From positions 868,001 through 932,000 of the forward strand of contig LSRY02000005.1 in assembly GCA_001643675.2 (NCBI GenBank): a DNA stretch of 64,000 nt, read 5' to 3'. This document shows positions 10,898-22,500 of this stretch, one piece after another. The number at the start of each line of letters is the position of its first letter. Positions within the stretch are counted from its first letter, which is position 1. Under the pieces are notes generated by a model. The model did no database searches, had not been told where the DNA came from, and saw nothing but the letters and a program-made list of their open reading frames with translations. The position numbers and the translations under genes were made by a program. This stretch comes from Monocercomonoides exilis PA203 (Eukaryota; Protista; Preaxostyla).

Positions 10898-12101
10898 TCA
10901 ACATTTTGGAGTCAAAGCAATAACTGATGATGGTAATCCAGAGGTATCTTCCTTAATCCTCTTTTCGATTTCCGATAAAGTTTTCATGAGAAACTCCTCT
11001 CGAGTGCAAGATCCAATCAAAACTGGAGTTGGTAACCTTCCATCAAGCTCAAATAGTTTACTTTGGTTGAGTAATTTTACAAAATTTCAGAATAATCACA
11101 TAAAGTTTTAAATTCTTGTTGAAATAGCGAAAGCATACCCGTCAATTTCTATAAATGTTGAATAGTGATGCTTGACATCATGCTCGTTTGATGATGGAGC
11201 AGCAAACTTTAACAAATTCAAACAAATAAGCATTTTTCATTTTTTGAAAAATGGAAAAAAAAATTGATAGTGACAATGAAAATAAAGATAGATAAAAATG
11301 AAGAAAATATATCGAAAAATAATTGAATAAATGATTCACTGCGCTAAATAAGGCAAACTTCTTTACAAATTTCTACATTCATTTTTTCAACATTTGGTGT
11401 GTTTTCAATTGCAAATCCTCGTGCAAGTGGTGGCTTATCTTGTAATGTTGAGAAAAACGATGAAGAAAAAGAATCTTTTTCTGAACGATATATTTGTATT
11501 TCAAAGTATTTAAAAAAATTTCCAATAAAACTGTGTTCCATACCCAAAAAAGATTCTGGTAAATTTGCCAACATATGCATAAGGGCTAAATGAATGCAAA
11601 TAATTTATGAATAAGAAAATAAGCTGAAATTAAAGCATGCCAAATGTGCCACATGCGTTGTGAACAGATTGCTTTGCAAAAAAAATATTCTTTAAATCAG
11701 AAGGATACAAATCATCAGACGGCGGAAGCGGAGGTTCTAAATAAAATACAGGTAAAACGGAAAAGGTATTCAATATTTTATTTTTGCTCAAATTTACACA
11801 CTTTTCAGACTGAAAAGATAAGTTCAATATTTTCGAAATATATTTCAAGATGAACAAACTAAGGAAGAAGAGATATAACTGCAAAAACAGGCTGCGGCAG
11901 AAATTCAAGATCTTCTTTCGAAAAAGAATCTTTGGGAGATAAAGTTGTAAATTTTATTTTATTAAAGAAGAACACACAAATCAATTGAAATTCAAAATCT
12001 TTTTTCATTCCAAGTTCATACGCAAATTTTGAAAATGCTTCTGGATCTGAAGGTAAAGGATTCCAAGTACGTTCTGTATCTTTTTCCAAAGACATGCTCA
12101 T
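10898..12101 (-). CDS. Ubiquitin C-terminal hydrolase, peptidase C12 (UCH-L3/Yuh1-like), 7 exons
   Basis: WNPLPSDPEAF, LPQPVFAV, KQSVHNACGTFALMH (oxyanion Gln and catalytic Cys), KHHYSTF (His), LFELDGR (Asp). Six introns reconstruct one frame ending at TGA 10900-10898. Confidence 0.92.
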
Positions 12102-12232
12102 TAAAAAATATTGAAAAATGTTAATTGATCAAAACATAATAGAATATAGTCAAATAATAATGTTTGGTTTTTTTTTCTTTATGGCAGGTTCATCAGTTTT
12201 TCTTCGTTAATTGTTGAGTTTAAATAAAAGTT
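12102..12232. promoter_or_regulatory. Probable bidirectional promoter between UCH and FRA10AC1
   Basis: Only 131 bp separate two divergent start codons; no specific motif identified. Confidence 0.5.
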
Positions 12233-13291
12233 ATGAATCCAAAAGATAAACATAGAGATGATGAATCTTTTGGATTGACTGAACAAATGGGCAGAAAGCA
12301 AGATGAAACCATTCAAGAAGAGAGTGATGCGGCAAAAACAAAAAAATTACATCTTAGAAAACAGCATATTATTCGCATGGATGCTTACAGCAGACATTTG
12401 AAGTATCTGAAAGATTATTACATTGCAGAAGGAAAACCACTACCAACTTTTAATCAAAAAATGAAGACAGATTTCGATGTTTTGAAGGAAACTTACAGAT
12501 TCATTCGCAACGAAGAAGATGACGCGCTGGATACTTGGGAAACAAGATTAGCACAAACTTATTACAAGAAATTATTTCGGGAATATTGTATTGTTGATCT
12601 TTCTGGATATAAAACTAGAAAAATAGGAATGAGGTGGAGAACCGAAGGTGAAGTGATCGAAGGAAAAGGACAATTTGTATGCGGCGAAAAAAAGTGCTCG
12701 AGAATGCACGATCTGACAAGTTATGAGGTTCCTTTTAGATATGAAGAAGATGGAAAAGTGAAAGATGCTTTAGTGAAAGTCAGATTATGCGATAAGTGTG
12801 CTTTGAAAATGTGGCCAAATTTGAAATCGCAACTTAAAGAAAGAAGAAGGCAAAGAAGGAAAGAAAGAAAACGAATTAAAGAACAAAGTTTGGATAATGA
12901 AAAGCTGAATAATTCAGAAGACGAAGAGACTTCAGATGAAAAGAGGAGACTTGCTGAGGGAAAAGGTGATAAAGATCATGCTCTTTCAAAAGAAAAAAGA
13001 AAACGAGCAAGAGAAGATGAAGAAGATGAAGAAGACGATGCTTATTCAGAGAAAAGCAAACGATCAAAAGTTGTTTCAACAGAAAATGAATTGAGTGACT
13101 TTGACAGCAATAGTGAAACGCATAAAGAACGATATCAAGTTGAAGACAAGAATGATAGAGAAGAAGAAGAGGAGGAAGAGGAAGAAGAGAAAATTAAAGA
13201 TGAAGAAAAGCGTATTTGGTCTGCTCCGGTCGAAAAAATACATACTCGAGAAGATGATTTTTCTTCATATTTTGAGGGAATGTTTTTATAA
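12233..13291 (+). CDS. FRA10AC1: FRA10AC1 family spliceosome-associated protein
   Basis: KTDFDVLKETYRFI, WETRLAQTYYKKLFREYCIVDLSGYK, GMRWRTEGEVIEGKGQFVCG, SYEVPFRYEEDG...LVKVRLCDKC, and C-terminal DDFSSYFEGMFL. Confidence 0.92.
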   Translation: MNPKDKHRDDESFGLTEQMGRKQDETIQEESDAAKTKKLHLRKQHIIRMDAYSRHLKYLKDYYIAEGKPLPTFNQKMKTDFDVLKETYRFIRNEEDDALDTWETRLAQTYYKKLFREYCIVDLSGYKTRKIGMRWRTEGEVIEGKGQFVCGEKKCSRMHDLTSYEVPFRYEEDGKVKDALVKVRLCDKCALKMWPNLKSQLKERRRQRRKERKRIKEQSLDNEKLNNSEDEETSDEKRRLAEGKGDKDHALSKEKRKRAREDEEDEEDDAYSEKSKRSKVVSTENELSDFDSNSETHKERYQVEDKNDREEEEEEEEEEKIKDEEKRIWSAPVEKIHTREDDFSSYFEGMFL

Positions 13292-13536
13292 TTATCCAGC
13301 AAAAGGATATTCCTAACACAATTTTTCGTAATTATTTTTCGTTATCTTTTTGTGCCATTATGATGAAGCAATAGGAAATAAAAGTCATTTACAGTTCCAT
13401 TGTTTTATTGAGTTCAATTACTCGAAATAAAAAACATTTTTAAAAAGGATACAAAAGTGAAGAAGGATGAGGATCAAAATGATAAATAGAAAACATAAAT
13501 TAATCTTTATTTTTATAAAAAAAATTCGAATTTCTC

Positions 13537-16500
13537 TTAATCGCTGTCGTCATCCGAATCGTCTGAGTCATCGGAGTCATCTGAGCTATCTGAATCATCG
13601 CTGCTGTCTGAGTCTTCAGAATCGTCTGAATCGTCTGACCCTTCCGAATCATCAGAGTCATCCGAATCATCTGAATCGTCTGAATCGTCGCTGTCATCAG
13701 AATCGTCTGAGTCTTCGTCACTGTCATCGTCGGATTCAGAATCAGAGTCGCTCTCTTCTTTTTTGCTTTTCTTCCCCTTTTTGCCTTTTTTATCTTTTTT
13801 GTCTTTTTTGTCTTTTTTAGTATCTTTCTCTTCCTTTTCTTTCTTCGCATCTTCCTTTAATCTTTCTTTTTCTTTCTTTTCAAGTTCAATTGCTTTTGTT
13901 GATCCAATCGTCGGAATGTCTTCATCATCTTCTTCCGCTACAGGAACGGAAAACGGGAGAAAAGATTTTTTTGTACTTATTTCTGGCTTGGCTTTCTTCC
14001 AAGCTTCTGTAGCCATCAGCATTGACAATCCAACACTTAAGTCAACATCACCATCAGTTTCTGATTTTCCATCTTTTGAAGCAGATGATTTGCGAAGCCC
14101 GCCTAACATGGATTCGGTTGCCATCAAAAGGCTAAGTCCAGCAATTCCTTTAATGCCTGCACCTTCCTTCAACTGCTCCTGTTTCATTGCTTGGCTTGCT
14201 AGTAAAAGCATCAGCCCGCCCATTTTTTCTAAAGCTTCTGGTTCAATTGTAGAATCTGGCTGAAGCGAAGATGATGAGCTTTCCGTTTCTTCTTCTTCAA
14301 TTGGCGCAACACCTCTCACTCCCATAAACACAACCTTTGCTCCTTCTTCTGCCCATTTCATTGCTTCTGTTGTTGATGCAAAATTGTCTGTAGTTCTTCC
14401 TTTCTCCAAGCACAGCCACAATTGCTCTGAACCTTTTGCGCTGTGCTTCGCTTTTGATGATGAAGAATTGCTGGACTCCGAAGAAGTTTCTGAATGATCA
14501 ACAGCTTCACAATTCCATGGACGATATGGCTTTCTCTTCATTATTTCCTTCTTTCCTTTCTTCTTATCTTTCCCTTTCTTTGTATCCTTCTCCTTTTCTT
14601 TCTCTTTATCCTCTTCCTCTTCCTTCTTTCCAAGCAAACAGCAACTACATTTAGCCATGCCATATGAAACATTAAACTTCCTCCTTTTTGTCTTCAGATG
14701 CTCTAACTTCATCTTTTTCTTCTTTGCCTCCTTTTTCAACGCTTTCTCTTCCTCTTTCCTCTTCTTCTTCATCGCAGCTATCTCAACAGATGTGTGGCAA
14801 TGACATTTAACCTTGCAAACAGCGCAAATTCCATCTCCTTTTCCACCGCACAGCCAGCACGGAGGACACTCAAAGAGTGACATTTCCAATAAATCTTCGT
14901 CAGTATCCTTTTTGTCAGATGAAGATGTTGCTGATGATGACTTGTCTTCGCTTTTTACAACATCTGAATGCGATCGAGCAAATGATAAGCAAATGCCCTG
15001 TTGAAGACAGTGAATTGAGCTCCACAACTTTTCTGCTTTAGCTTTTTTGCTAAGATTAGATTCTGTTTTAGAGTCAGATTCTGCAGCTGGAGCAGAGGAA
15101 ATGGAGCTTATAAATACTTGATTGAAATTCGACACCTTAAACGCATCACATGTTATACTCTCTGTTTTGAGTGTCTTCTTCACTTCGTCTTCAGATAATG
15201 AATTCACTCCATTCTTTTCAACTTTCTGCTGCCAGCTTTTCAGCCATTCACCGCGATAACACATTGGACGGAATGTAGTATTGTCTTTCGGAGCAGCAGA
15301 TGGTTGAGCAACTTTCCTCCTGAACATTATCTTTACCGAATTTGACTGAGAGTCTGGATAGATAATACGAGGAACACGAGACTTTCCTCGTGATGCTTCG
15401 TTCGCTGGTGCAGCTTCTGATGAAAGCAAGCTCAGAGCTTGAAGAAGGATCTTTTCGTCGCACTTTTCAGTGATAACAATTGAATCGAATGAATAAAGAG
15501 AGCAAGGCATGTCTGTGATTCCGCATGTTGTACGCATCACATTCATTCCAAATGGCATTCCACCAACCACATCATAGAAGGCCAGTGCATGAGAAGACGT
15601 TTCTCCTTTCTTTTTATCTCCTTTTTCTTTTGATCGAAGTGAATATGGCTGTATCTTTGCGTTCTTTCCGAATTTGTTAGCTTTCTTGACAAATTCGTCA
15701 AAGCAGAGCGTTGAGCAGCATTGCAGAACAACACCACCAGGTGCAACTGCATCAGACAGAAGCGAAGTCAAAAAGAATGAATCGTTTCCAACAATAAGCA
15801 CACGATCGCCGCTCGATGAGTTCATCATTGAAAGCATAGACAGCATCACACGTGGTTCAGTCATCACCTGCTTCTTTTCGTTGAACGTTGTTTTTGCTGT
15901 CCACGATTCGTCCATTCCTTTCATATACTCTTTCACCCATTTTGCTGAATGATATTCTTTAAGATTGTTCATAAACTTCTGAGCAAGAGATGGGAACTCA
16001 ACTCTACGTAACAATTTTATTTCATTCTCAATAAGAGCGATTTCTTCTGGTGGCATCTTTGAATCATTTTGATTGTTTTCCTTTACAGTCTTTCTCAGCA
16101 CTTGAAGTTTTGTTTCCACTGATTGGTTGGTTTCATCCAAATAAGTATTTGATTTATTCTCAATATCATTCCAGAATGCAAGAATTTCAAGCTTTTTCAA
16201 TGATTTATTCTTTGGCAGATGGCTAAACGTTTCCGATGCTTCGTTATCTTGGAAGTAGCATGGGAGAATTTCCCATCTAAGCGGACCTTTCTTTGCTTGA
16301 CTTGCATGAGCGACTGGAACAGAAGTTGAAGATGATGAAGAAGTTGGTTTTTCTTCTGATTCGGAATCATCCTTCTTTCCCTTCTTCTTCTTCTTCTTCT
16401 TCTTCAAAGTCACTGATGGATCAATCTCCCAAATAAGCCTTGGATCAAACGGAATCTCTGGATGTTTGAATGCGGAAGTGGAAACGCTTGTTCCCTTCAC

Positions 16501-19500
16501 CTTGTTCTGCAACTTTCCGGTGCTCATGTCGCACTCCATAATTTCATCGTCATCGAAAGGCACTCTCACAACTGATGTTCCTTTGCAATGAAGCAATGGA
16601 ACAAGAATGTCTTTCTTTCCTTTAGAAGCCTTTTTGGACAATGCTTTAAACTCTTCACGTGACACTATTGCAAAGAAAGCAATGCGATTTGATTTATTCT
16701 TTGATGAACCCTCTTCCTCTTCTTCGCACGAGCAGCTCATTGAACAATCATTGAAATCGCACCACTCTTTGCATTCTTCGCATTTGAAGCGATTCTTTTC
16801 ACTTTGAACAAATGAACGAGACATAAGGGGAACTTGGCAAGAAGGACACTCAACAATTCCCATTGTATGGCAAACTGTGCATAATTGGAAGCAAACTGTT
16901 GTAGCTACTCCAAAGAAGTTGTCCTTCCAGCCAGAAATGAAGCCGTCCGTAATCAATGTTGATTCGTCTTTTTGTTTCTTATTCTTAGTAAGTGCTGATG
17001 TTGCATCGCCTTCTGCTGTTTCCGCATCCTCAGCGACTGCAACTTTGCTTTCTTTATCTGTAGTTTCTTTTTGGGCTTTATTGGAAGCATAATCAATTCC
17101 AAAATCGCTTCCGCAAAGTGAAGATTCCAAAGCCATAACACGCTGAGCGCTCGCAACTCCAGATTCTGGAACGCCACCAAGAGAAGCAATGCCAACGATT
17201 GAAGACACGAAATCTCTCAGATGCCCCTTTGCCACGATTGATGGCATCCATGCAAGTCTATTCATGACATTGAGAGCATCTCTGTGCAAGCGAGATAGCA
17301 CAAGTGAGCTTGTTGCCCACAAAAGTGCGTCATCTCCCGTTGGTGCATCAGACTTACCGAATGTTTTCGCATACAATCCAAATTGTGCCTTGTGCAAGTA
17401 AACAATATCTACAACACTTTTCACCAGCTCTGTTCCAAAGAATTCTTCATCTCCATCTCCTTCAGCAGAAGATGCAGAACCTCCGATTGTTGATGAGAGA
17501 ATGCTGAGACAACCAGAAGGAACAACAGCTATCTCAGTCGGATTTGATTCAAATGATACAGAAACAAGAGGATTTCCATTGTCAACGCGGACAACTCTTC
17601 CTCTCTCTCCGCTGCTGTTCTCAATAACATACGCTCCAACCGAAAGACCAATCTCTTTCTCCCATCCAACGATGCCTAAAGAGGCTTCGCCAACAATAAT
17701 TCCTTCAATGGCTTCAGTGAGATTTATTGGTTGTTGAGATTTCGAGATTGGACTTGGAGAAGATGAGCCTTCAGGTGATGCTAATTCAGCTCCTGACACT
17801 TCCTTCAGCCATGGGAATGCCACTTTAATGCATGAAGGAAGACGAATAATTTGAGTAGAAATTTTCTTCTTCACCAGAGACACCCATTCTGCAAATATTT
17901 TTTTAGAATTTTCTGTTTCTGGATGGACAGTTGCATCTTTTCCAGTTATGAGAAGAGAGCGAATCGCATCAAGCGCAACGTTGCAGATGTGTTGTGTAGA
18001 ACTTGCCATTTCAAGTCGGTAAGGAATGGCTAAGATGGTGTGAAGGCATTCCTTAAAGCATTGAAGGCGAATGTTACTGATGTATTTTTTTTTCTCATCT
18101 GCTCCTGAGCTTGCATTATCAAGAGATGACACACTCATTGCAGATGGAGATAGAGAAAGCTCTGGTTCTGGTGAAGGCGGAGTCAACAATGAAAAGGCTG
18201 CATCAGCAGATGCTGAAGAAGAAGATGATGATGATGACGAAGACGAAGAAGAAGCAGAAGCTGACGAAGATACAGAAGAAGATGCTGATGCTGAAGCAGA
18301 TGATGACTTTGAAGATTCATCCTCCAACTTCAACTCTTTCATTCTCGTTTCAAGCCATTGTTTACCAGAATCAATTGTTTCGTCGTCCAAATCGAATAGC
18401 TGTTGCATTTCGGATAAGATTGGTGATGACGAAAGAGAAGAAAACAGTTTCTGTTGCTCCAAATACATTAAAACAACATTGTTCATTGAAGACTCTTCAA
18501 GCGATGACTCCGCTCCTGAAAGAGTGAACAATGTTGAAGACAACAATGCTTTCACCAATTTCATTTGCTCTGTTTCAATCGCTGGCGAAGATTCTGATCC
18601 AATAAGGAACTGGATTCTTCCGAACAAAGGAAGATTTGATAATGTCATAAGAACATCAAGCACATTCAATTTGCATCCACATACGGACACAGTTGAAGCT
18701 GTAGTTGATGGAGAGGCGCAGATAATCAGATGAGGCAAAGCAGTTATTGCAGCTCTTTGAATCCTAACCGTTCCTACGCAAGCAAGTGTGGCTATGTTCG
18801 ATAGGATTTTCGCAGCTGATGCCTCATCGCGGATGAGTGTTGTGCACACACCTTCGATCTCGCAGCTGGCGTACGCAACAAACGACGCCACAGCAAAGGC
18901 AAATGAGTCGTCGATTGGTTCCATCAGTTTCGAAGAAATTGATTCGTGTTGCTCTTCTGCCTTTGACTCTTCGCTTGCTTCTTCACCTTCTGAAAGTTCG
19001 TGCTGAGCAGATCCCTTTTTCACCTTCCACAACGACAAGAATTTGCGCTGTTCAGCTGACTTTTGTGTTTTGTCTCTTTGCATTTCATCTGATGCAATTC
19101 CAATGCAAACGCCAAGACAATCGCAGACGCTCTTTTGAATTGCATCCAGCGAACCATCTTCAACGTCCAGTTCTTCAAACACCCACAACAGCACTACTCT
19201 CAGTAAAGACAAGGCTGAGAGACGAAGCTGATTGAATTCAGGAATAGAGATTGGAGGAAGCGTAATTATTGAAGTGATCAATGATATAAGTTTAGATAAA
19301 TTGAAGGGTGATGAGCTTGCTTTCAGAAGATGCTCAGATGCTTCAAAGCCTCCAACGAAGGTGGATAGCAACGATGAAATGATAGCACAGTTAATGATGT
19401 TTTGTGATGATGGAACTGGATTTGTTTTGAGTGTGTTGACTAAATCAAACAGCTGGATGAGAGTGGAGTAAAGTTCTTGGTGTGCAGATGCTGCCTCCTT

Positions 19501-22500
19501 TGCAAGTTTTCCTGAGAGTTCAATCCCATTAGAGATGCCGCTAATGTCTGCAATGCTCCACATTGTGCTCATCGAACGGCAGAGCTCGCACTGTGACAAA
19601 TCAGCAAACAAACGCGATGGGACTTTGCTTCCTGACTGCTTGAAAACAGACGCCAGCTGGTTCAATGCATAGCATCTCATACGAGCAGCCAAACGAGCAA
19701 ACAGCACGCTTCTCACAAATTGCACACTCGAAACTTCTCTGCAGAAGTTAAGAATTGTTCTGAGCTCATCTTGCTTTTCATCAACAGATTTTGATTTCCA
19801 GTCTTTTGCTCTTTCATTCGCCTCTGCATCTGATTCGCATGATGTGAAGTTAGCATTCTGTGTTACGAGAAAAGCTCTCCGCAAAACTTCATCTCTCAAA
19901 ATCGACAATGAATCCTTTCCTTTTCCTTGAGCACTCATAATGAGTGCGCCTACCGCATGAGTGCACAAGCGCCACATTTGCAGAAGCTCAGGATCGATTG
20001 TCTGTTTTGGTCCAGGTGAGGAAAGCGCTCCCAAGCTGAATGGCGAAGAGGCAAACGACGCAGACGATGGAGACGAGGCCATTTTCTCTACCGATGCCAG
20101 CACATCTTTGTTCCACGAGCATCCAGCGCCGAGCAATGCAGAAAGAGCAGAGACTCCAACTATTCTTCCTTTCTGGCTCATGCCAAGCGGAGGAGCAGCT
20201 TTCATCAATGTGTCAATGACTGACTTTGTGGGTGATGCATCGGTCGATGCAGTAAGCAGAGAAGCAATTGTCGGAGGAAGACGCAACTTTGGATTGGTTG
20301 AAGCATTCAACTTACGACGAGCTGATTCAATCACTTCCACAAGATCACAATCAGACAGAGCGATCAATTCTTGGAACGTTATTGGAAGGTTGCATTGTCC
20401 TTTGCATTCATCCAATGCCTGTGGGAATGTTGGGTCTGCAACTCCGCTCTTCTTTTGTATGAGTTCTTGCTTCTCTTTTTGCTGTCTATTAAGAAGCTCT
20501 CGCACTTCCTTTTCAAGGAGCTGTGCAAATTCTTCGTTGAGACCTTGTTTAAATAAATTGATTGATGTGGCTTCATTTTCTTCATCAACAACCAAAGCAC
20601 ATTGATAGAACGATCCTTTCCACTCCACGCCTGACTTAGCTGCAGCAGCAATCATCTCCATTGTGGCTGGAGGCACCGCAACTGGGCCGGTTGAGCTAGC
20701 TGCCACTCCAACTTTTGGAGGAACAGAAGACGATGATGAGGACGATGAAGATGAGGACGAAGATGATCCTGTATGTGGAGGAAGAACAACCATTCTTCCC
20801 TTTTCGATGTTTCCACCAAAGCTGCGAAGGCCAGCTCTTCTTCGTCTGTTAATAATCGATTCACGGCGGCGTTTCTCTTCCATCAGGCTGATGACGCTGA
20901 ATGCAGAAGAAAACAGTGAAGTAGATGCAGAGGAAACAGATCCTTGTTTGTTTGTCATTCCAACAAGAGTCAATGCCAAGCTGCTTGCAACTGTTGACAT
21001 GTGATGAGGGAACTCTGTAAACCATGTGGCATGAGGACCTTGAATCGGAATAATTGGCATAACAGTAAGTTCAACTCCCCATTCAGCAGCAAGACCAGCA
21101 GTTCCAATCGTCGAAGCGAATTCAACAACCAAAGCAGGGCTCATTACGATTACAGAAGGTGCGGAAGAATCAGCAGCAGGGAAAGATGACTGTGAGTATT
21201 CGTGGAGAAGTGCTCCCAATTCAACTTTGTCGATGCTCAAATTATCTTTGTCATTTGTCTTTGAGTCATCTTTAGTTTTTCCCTTTGACTGCAATGCTTC
21301 TCTTTCCTCCAAAACTTTTGCCCAAGTCGAGTTTTCCCATTCCAAACTTGTTGCCCCCTTGTGAAGAGGAGGAATGATTCCTCCTTTTTGTTGCTTGTTT
21401 TGTGACGTCATCGGCTCTTGGCTATCGTCTCGCTTTGGAACTGCTTCGTATATCTTCAACGAGCATCCTGTTGCTGTCTTGCATTTTTTATTGAAATTAA
21501 TACGATATCCGATAGTTCCAGGAACATAAACAACTCTCTTCCACTCTTCTGATTTGCGATGAGGATGGTCGCTTTCCACCACAATTCCTTCTCCGCTCTC
21601 AGCAACTGCAGACTTCGAGTTGTTCTCGTTTAGCTGTGCGGCCTGTCTGAGATGGAGCACCTCTTCGTTCGTCACCTGCTCTCCCCAGCTGCTCAGCTGG
21701 TTGCCTCCAGTTGCCTCAAACAATGTTTGGATAGCTTCGTTGAACTCACGCAGCAAATCCAAAACGGGGCGAAGAAAGATTTCAGCAACTGTAGATGATG
21801 CGCGCATGGCATAGATCACAGACAGAAGTGGGCGGCAAAGATGGCAGACAAGCGTGTCGCGAAGAGCGTTCATAACTTCTTCTCTTTGTGGATCTGTCAT
21901 TGAGGCGATTCCCTTCAATTCCACTTTAACTGACTGCAAGAGCTCGATTGATGATGTCAAAACTCTCTTTGCATAAATAACAAAGTATGGAAACATTCCA
22001 TTAAATGAAACATCCAAATCTTCGACAGTTGTTTTTGATTCTGCAATTGCAGAAGCAACTGCCGATGAAGATGAGGAAACAGATGCTGACGAATCTTTCT
22101 TTGATTTTGGCTGCTCTTCTTTTCCTTCTAAATCATCCCCTGAATTTTCGTCTGCATTCTTTGGTGCTTTCGGAATAACTCTGAAAAAGAGCGAAAATAG
22201 CTTCTTCTGCAGCACTTCCAGAATAGGGCCAACTGTTGTCTTAACATCAGCATTATTCTCTGATTCATAACTGTTCTTGCTTTGTTCCGACGATGAAGCT
22301 GCTTCCTTTGAATTCCTCGAGCACACATCGGAGATTGTTTCTTTCACTTTGCGCTCTCCGTATTCCTTCTCCACATTTATCAATGCATTCCAAACTTGGA
22401 TCAATTGGTCGCGTCCGCGCCACCCCAACCAGCGAACAAGCGGATGCCTTGTAGACAGAATAGTTCGAATTCTGTCTGTTCTTGGATCCGATAGCATAGA

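Noticed and set aside
13540-13752. Tandem repeat as a CRISPR-like array
   Set aside because: No unique spacers; it is an in-frame coding repeat in a eukaryotic gene.
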